A stretch of DNA of 64,000 bases from Eledone cirrhosa (GCA_964016885.1 OZ024741.1:83266001-83330000); one strand, 5' to 3'. Shown: positions 1 through 13,714, counted from the first letter of the stretch. Translations and numbers: made by a program. Notes: a model not told the origin generated them from the sequence alone.

Positions 1-830
1 AAGGAAGGATCTGTATTCGGGCTCTCTATTTCCTACATAAACTTACACTACCCACAGAGAAATATATTTCAGACTAAGCTTCAAAATAGAGCAATAGTCC
101 CTCCTAATTGGATCCAGTTGAATATTCCCACTCTCACCTGTGCAGTCATTTCTGGCACCATACCTGAATATTGGCGTTTCCATCCTCTATTCAAATTTAC
201 TATAAGAGAGCCACGGGATTTTTTTGAGAAAACTCAGAAAACACAGCCTATAGCATTTGGAATCTTCCACTAGTTCCTGTTCCTTGCATGTAAGAGTCAT
301 AACATTCCAATTACCAATTGTCCAGGATTGTTCGCTTCTGCATGTTCACAGGTGTAAGGGGTTATGTAATATTTGTGCGTCCACCCCGCTCCTCCCAGAA
401 CAGGTCGCAGGCCCATCATCATTTCATGCATGGAATCTGTAAAATATTTTTCGAACATTTCCCTTTACATGAGACCTGAACGTGTCACTTGTTATCCCTC
501 TCGATGGTTATATTGATGTCTTTACTGTGTCCGTTCATATTGCAGTGTTTTGGTGGTCTCATTTGCCCCAATCACTAAATTGGTACTTTTCGCAAACCCA
601 CGAAGTCTAGGGTTTTTAGAGGCAGCTGTACTCGCCCGCTCATTGCTACATCACTGGGTTGTGAGAGGGTTCATGGGAGCTAAGCGTCACCCCTAGCACC
701 ATTCCCCTAGTAGTTTACCCCTGTTAGTCCGGGATTGCTTATTAATCCGGCAATAGCCTGCTTATATCTCAGCTAACCTCATACCTGCTGGATGTATTTC
801 TATAGGACCGTACTCTAGCAGAACAGCTCT
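1..830 (-). mobile_element. 5' part of a degenerate RTE-clade LINE (Expander/REX3-like APE endonuclease N-terminus plus putative 5' UTR)
   Basis: Minus-strand translation from ~330 reads QSWTIGNWNVMTLTCKEQELVEDSKCYRL...RGWKRQYSG...AQVRVGI, matching the APE start motif (GxWNV) and following RTE blocks; interrupted by stops; 5' boundary approximate. Confidence 0.7.
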
Positions 831-1061
831 GCCGAGCATATAATTGTTATATAACAATTAAATGTGTACATACGCTGCAAGACTGACTGTGGTTCTACTT
901 AATCTCTTTATACTCTCCACACTAGAGCCTCCTTAAGTCTGGAATACAACACACACGCCAGGGACCTCGTAAAAGCGTTGAGTGCTTCGATCAGCGCGCA
1001 GCCTGCGACTGTAGTTACACACGAAACTAAAGTATCTATCTATCTATCTATCTATCTATAT

Positions 1062-1128
<67 letters not shown>

Positions 1129-1131
<3 letters not shown>

Positions 1132-1759
1132 GGATGAATACAATAAATGTAATCTGAGGTTTTCGAATATTAATAATAACATTCGATTCGTTTGCAATTA
1201 TGCAAACAAGCCTCAATTTTATAGTCATGTCAGTAGAATGACATGGCTATGAAATTGAGGCTTGTCTGCATAATTGCAAACGAATCGAATGTTATTATTA
1301 ATATTCAAAAAACTCTGATTACATTTATTGTACTCAGCAATGTAGAGCGTAATTTTCTTTTCTATTTGAATTTGGCAAAGCCGGCCATTATCGCTCGTAT
1401 GCAGGAAACTGACTGGCCAGTCTGCTGATATGCAAATCTGGCTGATCAGTGGATCTGCTAGTATGCAGATCTGTCTGATCAGCCAGTCTGCTAATATGCA
1501 AATGAGGCCGATCAGTCACTGTGTATTTTTATAAATAGCATATATTTTCACAAGCTCTGACAGTTTGGCAGGTGAACAGTGAGCTGTACTGATGAAGGGT
1601 GATACCCAGAAATATTAGTGTCTTCAGTTCTGTTTGAATGCCAACAAAAGAGCAAGAATGAAGTGTTCATTCTACTGACATGACTATACAATTGAGGCTT
1701 GCATCCATAATTATAAACTAATCGACTGTTATTATTAATAATCGAAAAACTCATATTAC

Positions 1760-1763
<4 letters not shown>
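1129..1763. mobile_element. PLE-derived fold-back insertion between (TA)n tracts
   Basis: 1131-1231 is an inverted copy of 1239-1338; a third copy of the same end lies at 1670-1763; contains an HHR; flanked by (TA)n. Confidence 0.75.
1565..1644 (+). ncRNA. Type I hammerhead ribozyme motif
   Basis: CTGATGA (1589-1595), stem II GGGT/ACCC, GAAA (1609-1612), short stem III, GTC (1620-1622); stem I GAGCTG/CAGTTC extended by AACA/TGTT and TTGGCA/TGCCAA. Confidence 0.75.
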
Positions 1764-1809
<46 letters not shown>

Positions 1810-1813
<4 letters not shown>

Positions 1814-3066
1814 CATTATAAAGAAAAAAGAAACATTAGACATAAATAAAAAAAAATATAAATACCCAATATTTCTATACATTCTCGACTGTACAGTTTC
1901 GCGGCTAGTTTTCAAAAATACTACATCATAGAGATGCAGTATGTTTGTGAGGTTTGCCAGCTTATCAGGAGAATACCTTATTTAAAGCTTCAAAACACGT
2001 CCGCAAGGCGTGAGAGAGAATCCCGGAAAGGCGGAGGGGCCACTTATCACGTGATACAGCGGTCAAGAAACAGAGTTAAGCCTCTTACAACCAAGAGAAA
2101 AATACGACAAATGGCGGAGGGGACATTAATATCAAGGCTACAGACGAGGTGGCTAAGGAGGGCTAGAAGTGTAAATAGTGTAATCTTGACAGCAGTCACT
2201 ATACTTCAGTGGTTAATCTACCGTAGGGAGTTATAGACAATAAAAATAAATACACAGATACATGCAAATACATACATATACATGCAAATACATACATATA
2301 CATGCATATACACACATATATCCCTAAATTTGTGTGGTGCCAACCTTAAGCGTTGTTGCTCTATGATTAATAGGGACAAAATAATATGAATGGATTAGAT
2401 TGACTCTATATCAGAGCTATATAATACATTATAAATAAAGAAGAAACATTAGACATAAATAAAAAAAATATAAATACTTAATATTCCTTTACATTCTCAA
2501 CTGTACAGTTTCGCGGCTACTTTGCAAAAACACTACATCATAGAGATGCAGTATGTTTGTGAGGTTTGCCAGCTTATCAAGAAAATACCTCATTTAAAGT
2601 TTCAAAACAGGTCCGCAAGGCGTGAGAGAGAATCCCGGAACGGCGGAGGAGGAACTTATCACGTGATACAGCGGTCAAGAAACAGAGTTAAGCCCCTTAC
2701 AACTAAAGAAAAAAATACCACAAATAGCAGAGGGGGCATTAATATCTAGGCTACAGACGAGATGGCTAAAAATACTGCATCTCTATGATGTAGTGTTTTT
2801 GCAAAGTAGCCGCGAAACTGTACAGTTGAGAATGTAAAGGAATATTGGGTGTTTATATTTTTTTTATTTATGTCTAATGTTTCTTCTTTCTTTATAATGT
2901 ATTATATAGCTCTGATATAGAGCCAATCTAATCCAATTAGATTATTTTGTCCCTATTGATCATAGAGCAACAACCTTTAAGGTTGGCACCACACAAATTC
3001 AGGGATATATGTGTGTACATGCATGTATATGTATGTATTCGCATGTATCTGTGTATTTCTTTTTAT
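1810..3066. mobile_element. ~613-bp repeat unit in partial tandem plus inverted copy (PLE pseudo-LTR-like)
   Basis: 1810-2422 repeats from 2423 to ~2770; 2771-3066 is the reverse complement of the unit junction region; carries GAAAC-TGTACA-GTY half of an HHR with a non-canonical upstream core. Confidence 0.75.
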
Positions 3067-3100
3067 TGTGTGTGTGTATATATATATAGAGAGAGAGAGA

Positions 3101-3157
<57 letters not shown>

Positions 3158-3861
3158 TGAGGGAGAGAGAGATAGATACATCTATCTACCGAGTAGGGGT
3201 ATAGATTGATGGTACCTATTGGAATTTGTTGTATCGAGGCAAATAACTAGGAATATACATAACCTTACCTAATGAGTACGCTGAGATGCAATCGGTACTA
3301 GCAGGGGAATCTTATGCCAGTCCACTTATCATATATAGGTATATGTGTGCGTGTGTGCGCGCGTGTGAGTGTATGTGTTCGTATGTGTGTGTGCATGTGT
3401 GCGTTGGTGTATGTATGCTGTCGGTATTTTTCACACAGAACTTAAATGAGTGATGCATGTAACTGCAATAGTTATGTTAAAAATCGTAACAAGAGCGGCT
3501 TTTAGAATCACATAGGTGAGGTTCGTTCATAATAACCCGATTCTCAAATGAACCTCCGACAATATATTTGTGCTTCAATCTACCAAACTATAATTACGTG
3601 CAAGTGGGCGGTAACATACAGCATTTAATTTCATGCCACATCTGCATAATTAAGCTGATTCAGCATTTTCGTTTCCTTCACCTGATATTTATTGATGTAT
3701 ATTAATAAACTTTTGCTGATTTTTATTAATGATTTTATTTTATTTTTGTCTTTATATCGCAAGAGAGATTTGAGATTTTCTATGACTTTAATTATTTTGC
3801 TTTACGATTTATATTCCGACTATCGAAAATTTATTTTATAGTGTAATTGTGCACGGATTTA

Positions 3862-3930
<69 letters not shown>

Positions 3931-3996
3931 TTGTGTGCGCGGGCGTTCGTGTGTGTGCGTGCGTGTGTGTGTACGTGTATGTATGCAAATATGTGT

Positions 3997-4076
<80 letters not shown>

Positions 4077-4410
4077 ATAAATATACACACACATATATAT
4101 ATATATATAATGGGAGGGGTGTTTGCGTGTATGTGTGTATGCCCATTTATCCAAATATACACACTCAACATAAATGCATATACATTATGCATTACGTCAT
4201 ACATTAATTTGTTTCAAGAATGTATCAATGAATTAATGTATTATTTGCTCTCATTCTCTTTAGTTGTGAGTTAATTCCATTGAAAACCATTCCAACCTTA
4301 GTTTCTCTAATTCCAATATTCCACTGTAGTTTATTGTTTAATTTAACATTGTTACATTCCCCTATTTTCATTATTTTCTTCAGCACTCTTTAAATTAAAT
4401 TCACCTACGT

Positions 4411-4634
4411 TGCTTCTTCTTCTTCTTCTTCTTCTTCTTCTTCTCATTATTCTTCTTCTTCTTCTTCTTCTTCTTCTTCTCATTCTTCTTCTTCTTCTTC
4501 TTCTTCTTCTTCTTCTTCTTCTTCTTCTTCTTCTTCTTCTTCTTTTTCTTATTCTTCTTCTTTTTCTTCGTTTTTTCTTCTTTTATATGATTATTATTAT
4601 TATTACCATTGTTATTTTAGTTTGTGTTGATGTT

Positions 4635-4665
<31 letters not shown>

Positions 4666-4750
4666 CCGGCACCATCGTCATTATTATTATTATCATTATT
4701 ATTATCAGTATTATTATTAGTATTATTATTATTATCATTATTATTATCAG

Positions 4751-4782
<32 letters not shown>

Positions 4783-4797
4783 TCATTATTATTATAA
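4411..4797. repeat. Compound trinucleotide microsatellite (CTT)n-(ATT)n-(ATC)n
   Basis: Direct reading; source of the poly-L/poly-I ORFs. Confidence 0.95.
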
Positions 4798-5012
4798 ATA
4801 TTTACCATACTACACAAATATTTAAACGTTTTGCTTCATAGGGATTCTAATTGATATTCACTAATTTACATTTTCTCATTTATGTAAATTTTAAATATAT
4901 TCCGGTAGGTATTGATTTATTAATTCATTCGAATATTCATTCTATTCTTAAACTAATTCGTTCATCCAACAATTTCTTACACTCTTTCCTATGTATATAT
5001 ATATATAAATAT

Positions 5013-5111
<99 letters not shown>

Positions 5112-5120
5112 TATACATAA

Positions 5121-5215
<95 letters not shown>

Positions 5216-5219
<4 letters not shown>

Positions 5220-6031
5220 TACGTACATATATATATGTATACAGACGTACAGTAGTATGTATATATATATACATACATGCACACATATACATATGTACGT
5301 ATGGATTCACCAAACATTTATTACAGTGCTCGGTGTGTTTGTAAACAAAAATCCCGTATTAAGCCGTAGTGTCTACCAACCACCGTTGCTCGTTTCTTCA
5401 ACACTGACAAAAGAACGCTGTACTAGTTTCAAGCTTGTTAGCTATCGTCAGCAACGTATACCTTCATGCCAGAGAGTTGAACGTCCGAAAGTATATACTT
5501 TCCTTATGCATATTAACGGCTGAGTAGCCCAATTTGCATATCGAGTGGGTTAATCGACCGGATGCACCGAAAATGATAAACGGAAAAAATGAAACGAAAT
5601 TTCATTTCCCACTCTTAGTACGGCTGTTACTTAAATAAAGTATGTATACGTACATACATATATGTATACAGACGTACAGTAGTATGTATATATATATATA
5701 CATATACGCACACATATATATATATGTACGTATGGATTCACCAAACATTTATTATAATGCTCGGTGTGTTTGTAAATAGACATCCCGTATTAACAACGGT
5801 GGTTGCTAGACTCTACGGCTTAATACGTGATGTTTGTTTACAAACACACCGAGCATTATAATAAATGTTTGGTGAATCCATACGTACATATATATATGTG
5901 TGTGCATGTATGTATATATATATACATGCTACTGTACGTCTGTATACATATATGTATGTACGTATACATACTTATAGTTAAGTAACAGCCGTACTAAGAG
6001 TGTGAAATGAAATTTCGTTTCATTTTTTTCG
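5216..6031. mobile_element. ~425-bp HHR-containing unit, partial tandem plus inverted arm, in (TA)n
   Basis: 5221 repeats at ~5648; ~5795-6031 is inverted; same family at 38096-39565. Confidence 0.8.
5415..5457 (-). ncRNA. Minimal type I hammerhead ribozyme
   Basis: Reverse complement: ACGTTG CTGACGA T AGCT-AACA-AGCT T GAAA C-TA-GTA CAGCGT; stems I and II pair; palindromic stem III (ACTAGT). Confidence 0.8.
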
Positions 6032-6033
6032 TA

Positions 6034-6249
<216 letters not shown>

Positions 6250-6329
6250 TGTGCGTGTGTGCGTGTGTGTGTACATATATATACATATATATGTATGTAT
6301 ACACACACACACAATAGAAATACACGCAC

Positions 6330-6716
6330 CTGTTGGGATTCATTTCAATTTATTATACATTTCCGGTTGGTTGGTTGGTTGGTGGATTCGATAACCGGAT
6401 GGTTGTATATATATAGTCAAAGCTCTTTCGTCACACATTCTGTGTCCCCCTCAGTGACTAGATTTTTATTTTGTGTAGGACAGAACAAATGAGAGACTCA
6501 AAATAAAGACCTAGTTACTGAAGAGGTCACAGAACGTCTGATGAATGAGCTTTCAAACTGTATAAACAACCATCCGGTTATCGAACCAAACAACCAGCCG
6601 GGAAATTATAATAACGTGTGTTTTTATCGACAGCATAACCCTCCCAAAGTATAACAATATCTGTTTCAACACACGTTTTCAGATAGGAAATCTCGCAAAA
6701 GAAATTAAAAAACGAA

Positions 6717-6718
<2 letters not shown>
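6330..6718. mobile_element. Fold-back PLE-derived element with two decayed HHR copies (6414-6460 -, ~6512-6560 +)
   Basis: ~6350-6470 is inverted at ~6500-6615; cores are mutated (CTGAGGG; GAAT); same family at ~8840-8900, 36982-37320 and 63543-64000. Confidence 0.7.
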
Positions 6719-6764
<46 letters not shown>

Positions 6765-6815
6765 ATTAAGTCAAATATGTAAAATTTCGCTTCATTTAGT
6801 ATAAATTACAGATAT

Positions 6816-6870
6816 ACTGCTATATATATTTCGGTGACAGCCATCATTGGCTGTGTCATCATCAGGCAGT
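6816..6870 (-). ncRNA. Minimal type I hammerhead ribozyme
   Basis: Reverse complement: ACTGC CTGATGA tgac-ACAGCC-aatgat-GGCTGT-cacc GAAA T-ATAT-ATA GCAGT; stem I ACTGC/GCAGT. Confidence 0.75.
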
Positions 6871-7260
6871 CCGAATTGGTGTGAGAAAGACAAATACACA
6901 TGATGTTGAAGTGTGTTTCACTCCGTCAATCCATCGATATGTCCAGCTCTTGCTAGTGTTGTTATTTCTCTATGTCACTTACTTCTTTTTTCAGTGACTA
7001 TGACACTTACTTCTTGTTTGCTGAAAAAAGAAGTAAGTGACATAGTCACTACTTTAAAACAATACCGTAAGATCATCAAAATGCATTTAATTAAGTAAAC
7101 AGTGTATTGCAAAATACACTATATATACATTCATATATATATCGCTATTTCAGAGATCCAATTCTAATTTTCAATTGTTGATGTAGCGGCAACCACTCTG
7201 TGTAATCAGTTATTGATTATTACTGGAATTCTATAAGAATCCAACATACATAATTTTCAG

Positions 7261-7341
7261 CAGGAAAAGGGAGTGCTAAGCTCTGAGGAGTAGTAACAGT
7301 ACGAAATAGAAATATGTCAGCTTATCTCCCTTTGTTTCCTG
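7261..7341 (+). ncRNA. Type I hammerhead ribozyme in a repeat (7160-7440) also present at 25785-26040
   Basis: TAAGCT CTGAGGA GTA..TAC GAAA T..GTC AGCTTA, stem I extended by AAGGGAG/CTCCCTT and CAGGAAA/TTTCCTG. Confidence 0.75.
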
Positions 7342-7445
7342 AAAAAAGATGTAAGTGACATAGTCACTACTTTAAAACAATAGCGTAAGGTCTTCATCAT
7401 GCTTTTAATTAAGCATACATTGTATTGCAAAATAAACTATATATA

Positions 7446-7556
<111 letters not shown>

Positions 7557-7789
7557 GTATGTGTATGTGCGTGTGTAAATGTGAGTATATTTATCATCAA
7601 TATTTGCTTGTATGTGCATTTTATGTTATGTGTGTTTGTAATTCTCACATTAATTTAGGTACATATATTTAGAGAGGGATGTTAGAATGTCTTTACATGT
7701 GTATATTTATCTAATAACGCTAAACTTCTGGAATATTTTGCATATTTTAACAATTCCATTCTTGTGTTGTAATTGTAATTCCTCAATTA

Positions 7790-7900
7790 GGCTTGTCATT
7801 GTCTGGTTTCTTAAAGCCCATCTTTTCCAAGTTGTTGTTATAAGCAGTATACATCCTGGTTTGACATTTTCTTTTAATGATATTCATTATTCTTATAGAT
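7790..7900 (-). pseudogene. Possible Merlin/IS1016-like transposase fragment
   Basis: Frameshifted minus translation gives MNIIK/ENVKPG and AYNNNLEKMGF, resembling the IIxENVxPGS...AYxxL..GF segment of ISXO2/Merlin DDE domains. Confidence 0.4.
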
Positions 7901-8960
7901 ATTTAAGGAGTTTCTAAGAAAAAATAGTTCCCTCGTTAATATTTTAATCTCAGAAATATAAAGATTTACATCTTGAACTTCAGTAAACCCTCGTATATTT
8001 TTCGGGTTTTGCTTGCATATTGAATTGACCCTTTTCTCTGCGGAAGAAAATGGAGATATATATGCATGTGTATAAGTCTATATATGTATATATGCCGCTG
8101 TATATATATATGTTTGGTTCTCAATATGTATAAATACGGATATATACATGTATTAATATAATAAGTATAATAGCTAAGAGTGCCCCACAAGAATACACAC
8201 GAATCAAAAGTAGAAGTTAGCGCCATGGAGAGTATCCAGCAAGTAGATAATGCCATCCAACTGAGCATTACGGTAAAAATAGAGCACCTCACTAAGCACG
8301 TCAACCATAGATTACTCGTGTTAAACATACATAAGAGAGACAGTCTGTGTAGAGGAGAGAGATTAAAGTAACACTGGTGAGAACTTACGGACGGGGGGGG
8401 GGGGGTGTTCATGAATGCTATACCAACATGCAAAACTAGAAAACGAGAGTTTAAGAGATGACATAGAAATAAAGAACCTATCCACACACAGCACTGATGC
8501 AACAGTCAAACAAATTACGGAGGCAACTAACATAAGAGTAATTAGTCCTAGCCTGAACAGAAAACACGTGTGGAATAGTAACAATCCACAACTTAATGAC
8601 TGATGACGGAATAATTACACAAACTAGAAAAGAGATAAACAAAATAAAAGACACACACAGCAAAGAAGCAAACGATGCAAACCCCTACACATATAAAACA
8701 CACGCAAACATGACGAACACAAAAACACAGAGAAATACAGGCTAAAACGCATGCGGGGACACGAAACACAAAACAACGCACCTTAAATAAAACCAAGATG
8801 GAGTAGATGATTTAGACCACAAAACATAAGGCATAAAACAGATAATCATTGAGGAGGTCACAGAATGGGCAACGAAAGATCTTTCATAAACAAATGAATA
8901 ATGATCAATAGAGATAATTATATATGTACACAGACACACCGTATATATATATATATATAT

Positions 8961-9405
8961 ATGGTTATAAGAGGCTTAGCTCTGTTTCTCGACCGTTATA
9001 TCGCGTGACTATCTCCCCCTCCGCCTTTTGGGATTCTTTCTCACGTCGTGTAGACGCGTTCTTGAGACTAGTAAAATGAGGTATCCTCTTGATAAGTCGG
9101 CAGACCTCGCAAGGACTCTATATCTTTGATATATTGTTTTTGTTTATGCCACGAAACTACGTAGTCGAGGAATTTAGGAACAGTTTAGGTATGATACATT
9201 TTATTACTAATTATATCTAAATGTTTCTTCTCTCTTCATAATGTATTTTTAACTCTGATACTGGTTCAGTCTGGTTCAAACTGAATTGGTCTGTCCCAGT
9301 CATTCATTGAGCAACATCGGTGAAGTTGGCACCCTTAACTCACAGTTGGGTGCGGATGCATTCATGTATATATGTGTGTGTCCGCATGTATCTGTGTGTT
9401 TCTAA
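8961..9405 (+). repeat. Diverged copy of the 1810-3066 family (opposite orientation to the first unit)
   Basis: GGTTATAAGAGGCTTAGCTCTGTTTCTCGACCG and later blocks align to the reverse complement of ~1810-2090 and to ~2880-3060; GAAAC-TACGTA-GTC palindrome retained. Confidence 0.7.
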
Positions 9406-9461
<56 letters not shown>

Positions 9462-9625
9462 TATAATAACAGATTTAATATGTTATTTTAATAAATATTT
9501 GCTCTACGGTTCTTATATATTTGATATATATTTATCCTTATCGAACCCTCTTTGGATTTTAGTCTTCAAATTCATTATTATTACTATATATATATTTTAT
9601 ATATAAATATATATATATATACATA

Positions 9626-9935
9626 TATTGTTATACTTGGGGAGGGTCATATTGTTGTAATAATATTGCCAGAAATAATAACAGAACGCAGACACTGTTC
9701 GGTTGGTTTTCGCTTCTGTATCTTTTATATCTGTATCTTTTATATCAATGATAAACATTCAGGACCAAATGAATTAACGGTGGAGATATAAAAGATTCAG
9801 AAGCGAAAACCAACCAAACAGTGAGTGTGTCCTGTTATTATTTCTGTAAATATTATTACAACAATATGACCCTCCCCAAGTATAAGAATATTTGTTTCGA
9901 TAGACGATTTCATATAAAAAACCTCGCAAAACAAA
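9626..9935. repeat. ~105-bp imperfect inverted repeat with a PLE-like end
   Basis: 9626-9732 pairs with 9784-9890; the terminal ACCCTCCCCAAGTATAA..TTTC block resembles 6638-6700. Confidence 0.75.
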
Positions 9936-10567
9936 TATATATATCACGGGCGCTCTATCTCAAAATTATTTTTGATGCGCAACCGGTAAAAACTTAAAAC
10001 TAAAACTGAATACTAACCAATACTTATTACTAATTTATAGTTATTGCTAATTAAACTATTTTTCACTGGGAAAAAAATGTCACCATTTTCTTTTCCTTTT
10101 ATATATATATACGTATATACACATATGTGTGTGTATGAAAAGAAGCATATGTGTGTGTATGAAAAGAAGTGAACAGAAACAAACAAAGCAAAGGACACAC
10201 TACATTTAAGAAATATATTAGTTTACCGCTTGAAATAACAATAAAAGTATTTGAACATTTTGCAGGAGGACGCGTTTCGTACCTGTCCGACAGACAACCT
10301 TTCCCCCACCCCGGAAAAACCCCAAGTTGATGGATGTGAATCCGAAATATATAGGGACTATTAAATCTCTCCCAAGGTAACTCTCTCTCGTATTGTTATT
10401 TTTATTTTATCCTTTATACTCTTTCCTTCATTCTTCTACACATCTCATACACACCACGCATCTCAACGTACACCCACTTACATCTCTCTCTCCACCCCCG
10501 GATCTTGTTACCCGGAGATTTACCCATTTGCATTGTCGAGGCTTCCAAACGACTTAAAGATATTTAC

Positions 10568-10613
<46 letters not shown>

Positions 10614-10710
10614 GATTTTGAGTTTATGTTGGTTGTATACCAACACCTCAGTATGCAGGCTGGAGCACTCGACGAAGTGCGCAGGTTGGTTTGGTTACTC
10701 CGGAGTAGTG

Positions 10711-10871
10711 TAAAATAAAGTTAAATGAAAGTCAAATGATTAAAATTTAGCTTCGTTTATTACTGCTATATATATTTCAGTGACAGCCAAAGATGGCTGT
10801 CACTGAAATATATATAGCAGTAATAAACGAAGCTAAATTTTAATCATTTGACTTTCATTTAACTTTATTTT

Positions 10872-10872
<1 letters not shown>
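10711..10872. repeat. Perfect 79-bp-arm palindrome made of the 3' half of an HHR
   Basis: 10711-10789 is the exact reverse complement of 10794-10872; 4-nt loop; sequence is homologous to 6760-6850. Confidence 0.9.
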
Positions 10873-10933
<61 letters not shown>

Positions 10934-10936
<3 letters not shown>

Positions 10937-11980
10937 AACATATGAAACAATCACAAGGAATAATCTGTAAAAGTGTGTAAGCACACATAGCTAGGTAGGT
11001 AACTAATTAAAGTTTAACTAGAACTTTAAATATAGATACCTTTTAAAATGATTAATCTTCCTTGTATATATTTAATTAAAGAAATATATTTCACCATCAA
11101 TCGATCGGTAAACCACAGTAACCATATCGCGGATTTTCAACAAGGGAGAATATTTAACTATCTGTGTTTACACAGCAAATTCAAATCTGCGAATGACTAG
11201 CAGCACGTGTTGCATTTTTTTAGAAATACACACATCGTACCAGCTTCATCCCTGTGGCGTCAATAGGGTTATCGACAATTAGAAATAGCAGCGGAGTCCT
11301 TTCAACTGAGTTAGCTCTACAATTAAGGGGCCGTATATATATCCAAAATTAAATTAAGGGTGTCATGTCCGAGAGACATGCGCCATATCCACTGTAGAAT
11401 ATGCTCAAAGATTCCAATGAATAGATCCGAGCATTTTATATCAACTAGAAATTGATTGACATATATATATATGTAAAATAAACATATGAAACAATCACAG
11501 GTAATAATTTGTAAAAGTGTGTAAACACACATAGCTAGGTAGGTAACTAATGAAAGTTTAACTAGAACTTTAAATATAGATACCTTTTAAAATGATTAAT
11601 CTTCCTTGTATATATTTAATTAAAGAAATATATTTCACCATTAATCGATCGGTAACCCACAGTAGCCAAATAACGGATTTTCAACAAGGGAGAAGAATTA
11701 ACTATCTGTGTTTACACAGCAAATACAAATCTGGGAATGACTAGCAGCACGTGTTGCATTTTTTAGAAATACACACATCGTACCAGCTTCATCCCAGTGG
11801 CGTGAATAGGGTTATCGACAACTAGAAATAGCAGCCGAGTCCTTTCAACTGAGTTAGCTCTACAATTAAGGGGCCGTATATATATCAAAAATTAAATTAA
11901 GAGTGTCATGTCCGAGGGACATGCGCCATATCCGCTCTCGGACTTGACACCCTTAATTTAATTTTGGATATCTATATATC
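10934..11980. repeat. ~542-bp tandem duplication ending in a hairpin
   Basis: 10934 repeats at 11476; ~11880-11915 is inverted at ~11937-11975; preceded by (TA)n; no canonical HHR core seen. Confidence 0.8.
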
Positions 11981-13130
11981 TACATATTAATACGCTTGTA
12001 TCTACGCACCATACGTCCGACCTAGTGTGTCACGCTTTCTGTAATTACATAGTAATTTATATGCTGTTGAAAAAGATCCGTATCATACATACAATAATTC
12101 GATGTAATGCCTTGCGCCGAATATTTTGTTTCATTGTCTTATCATTCACCACCCAAGAATGACTTCAACTCCCAACAGAAGAAATTATATATTTTATATT
12201 ACTGTCGTGAGGTAAGTGGAAAATTGATAATACACTATTTTTACCTCGGCCAAATGGGTAATGCTTTACCCTCAGTTATTTTCTTTTTTTTTTCTTTTGT
12301 AACAAGTTTTTTATTTATGACAAATATCATCTCTAACCACTTTCTTATACCAGCTAAGTGTTCTTCATAATTACTGATACAACCATTCTTAAAAATGGAA
12401 GATAGAATAAGTCAACAAAGAGATGCAGCGAGAGAGCGACAAATAAGACGACGACAACGGTTACGAGCAGAAAAGAGGCAAGCTATCCATGACAGTAATC
12501 GAGAACAAATGCAAGAAAGGGGGAATGATATGAGCCAAGAGGAGAGAGAAGCTTATCTACAGAATAGAAGAAGCGGATATTATGATAGAAGAAATAACAT
12601 GATTCCAGAAAAGAGAGAAACTCATCTACAGAATAGAAGAAGAGCATATCATGATATAAGATTTAACATGAATCCAGAGGAGTGAAAGAGGCTTATCTAG
12701 AGAATAATAGAAAGAGAGTTCAAGAGCGAAGAAATGACATGAATCCAGAAGAGAGAGAATTGTATCTAGAGAATATGAGAAACAGAGTTCAACAGTGACG
12801 AAATGCCATAATTTAAGAGCAGCCTTTACGATTCCCCGGTTCGTCTGTCCTATTCTATGACAATCAATAAAGCACAGGGGCAAACATTCGACAGAGTCAG
12901 CATACAAATGCCACAGCCATGCTTCACTCATAGCCAGTTATACGTAGCATTCGCAAGAGCAAGGGCGATGAACAGTGTGAGAGTTAAAGTAATACCTCAA
13001 AACGAATCCACTCCTGGCTGCAGAAGAGGAATCACTTTTACTAGAAACATTGTATATAGGGAAGTGCTTTAAAGCATGTTTTTTATGTGTACTTTTATGA
13101 AATTAATTTAAAATAAACTTACATTATCTC
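11971..13130 (+). mobile_element. Internally deleted Helitron (RepHel N-terminus joined to PIF1-like helicase C-terminus)
   Basis: 5' TC start; charged N-terminal ORF 12395-12685 with 69-bp repeats; 12857-13072 encodes MTINKAQGQTFDRV...FTHSQLYVAFARAR...TRNIVYREVL, the canonical Helitron helicase C-terminus. Confidence 0.85.
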
Positions 13131-13410
13131 CTTATAATATATAACCAGCAATTTCTCTGTCTGTCTGTCCGACAGTGGAAACACGTGCGCGCGTGGTTGC
13201 TATCTCTCTCTCTCTCCAGCTATCCCTCTCTTTTAGTCTAACTGTTTCTCTCACTCTCACTCTTTCTTTTTGTAACACACTAACATTCTTCCCTCTATCG
13301 CTGTGACGAATGGGGAGATGGAGGATGAGGAGGAGGAGAGAGTCACTTCGTCACTTCACCTCTGCCTTTCTTTCTCTCCCCTCTCACTCCCTCATTACGT
13401 GCAGACATTA

Positions 13411-13596
13411 GGGCGGTGGATTGGCAGAATCTGTAGAGAGTCGGACACCATGCTTCATAGCATGGAGTTACGTCCCTTTACGGTCTGAGTTCAAATACCG
13501 CCGAGGTTAACTTTGCCTTTCATCCTCACGGGGTCGATAAAATAAAGTACCAGTAATGTACTGGGTAATAGCTGGCCAAAGTAGAAACAATTATTA
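13411..13596 (+). mobile_element. tRNA-derived SINE (Octopus-type)
   Basis: GGCGGTGGATTGGCAGAATC head, B-box-like GAGTTCAAATACC, body CTTTGCCTTTCATCCT..GGGGTCGATAAAATAAAGTACCAG shared with 35165-35345, 40762-40872 and 48345-48545. Confidence 0.8.
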
Positions 13597-13714
13597 GAAA
13601 CATTGCTTCATTTTTACATATCTAAGCATTAGTAAAATAACTAATAATTTCAAAAGTAATTTTTCAATTCCAATTGTTATCAACAGCAAAACATTAATAA
13701 TAATTTTGTTCTAA

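Noticed and set aside
700-790. Twister-like GCCGG..CCCGGA segment in the RTE 5' region (-)
   Set aside because: Could not place the conserved UAA and pseudoknot elements; the resemblance is only partial.
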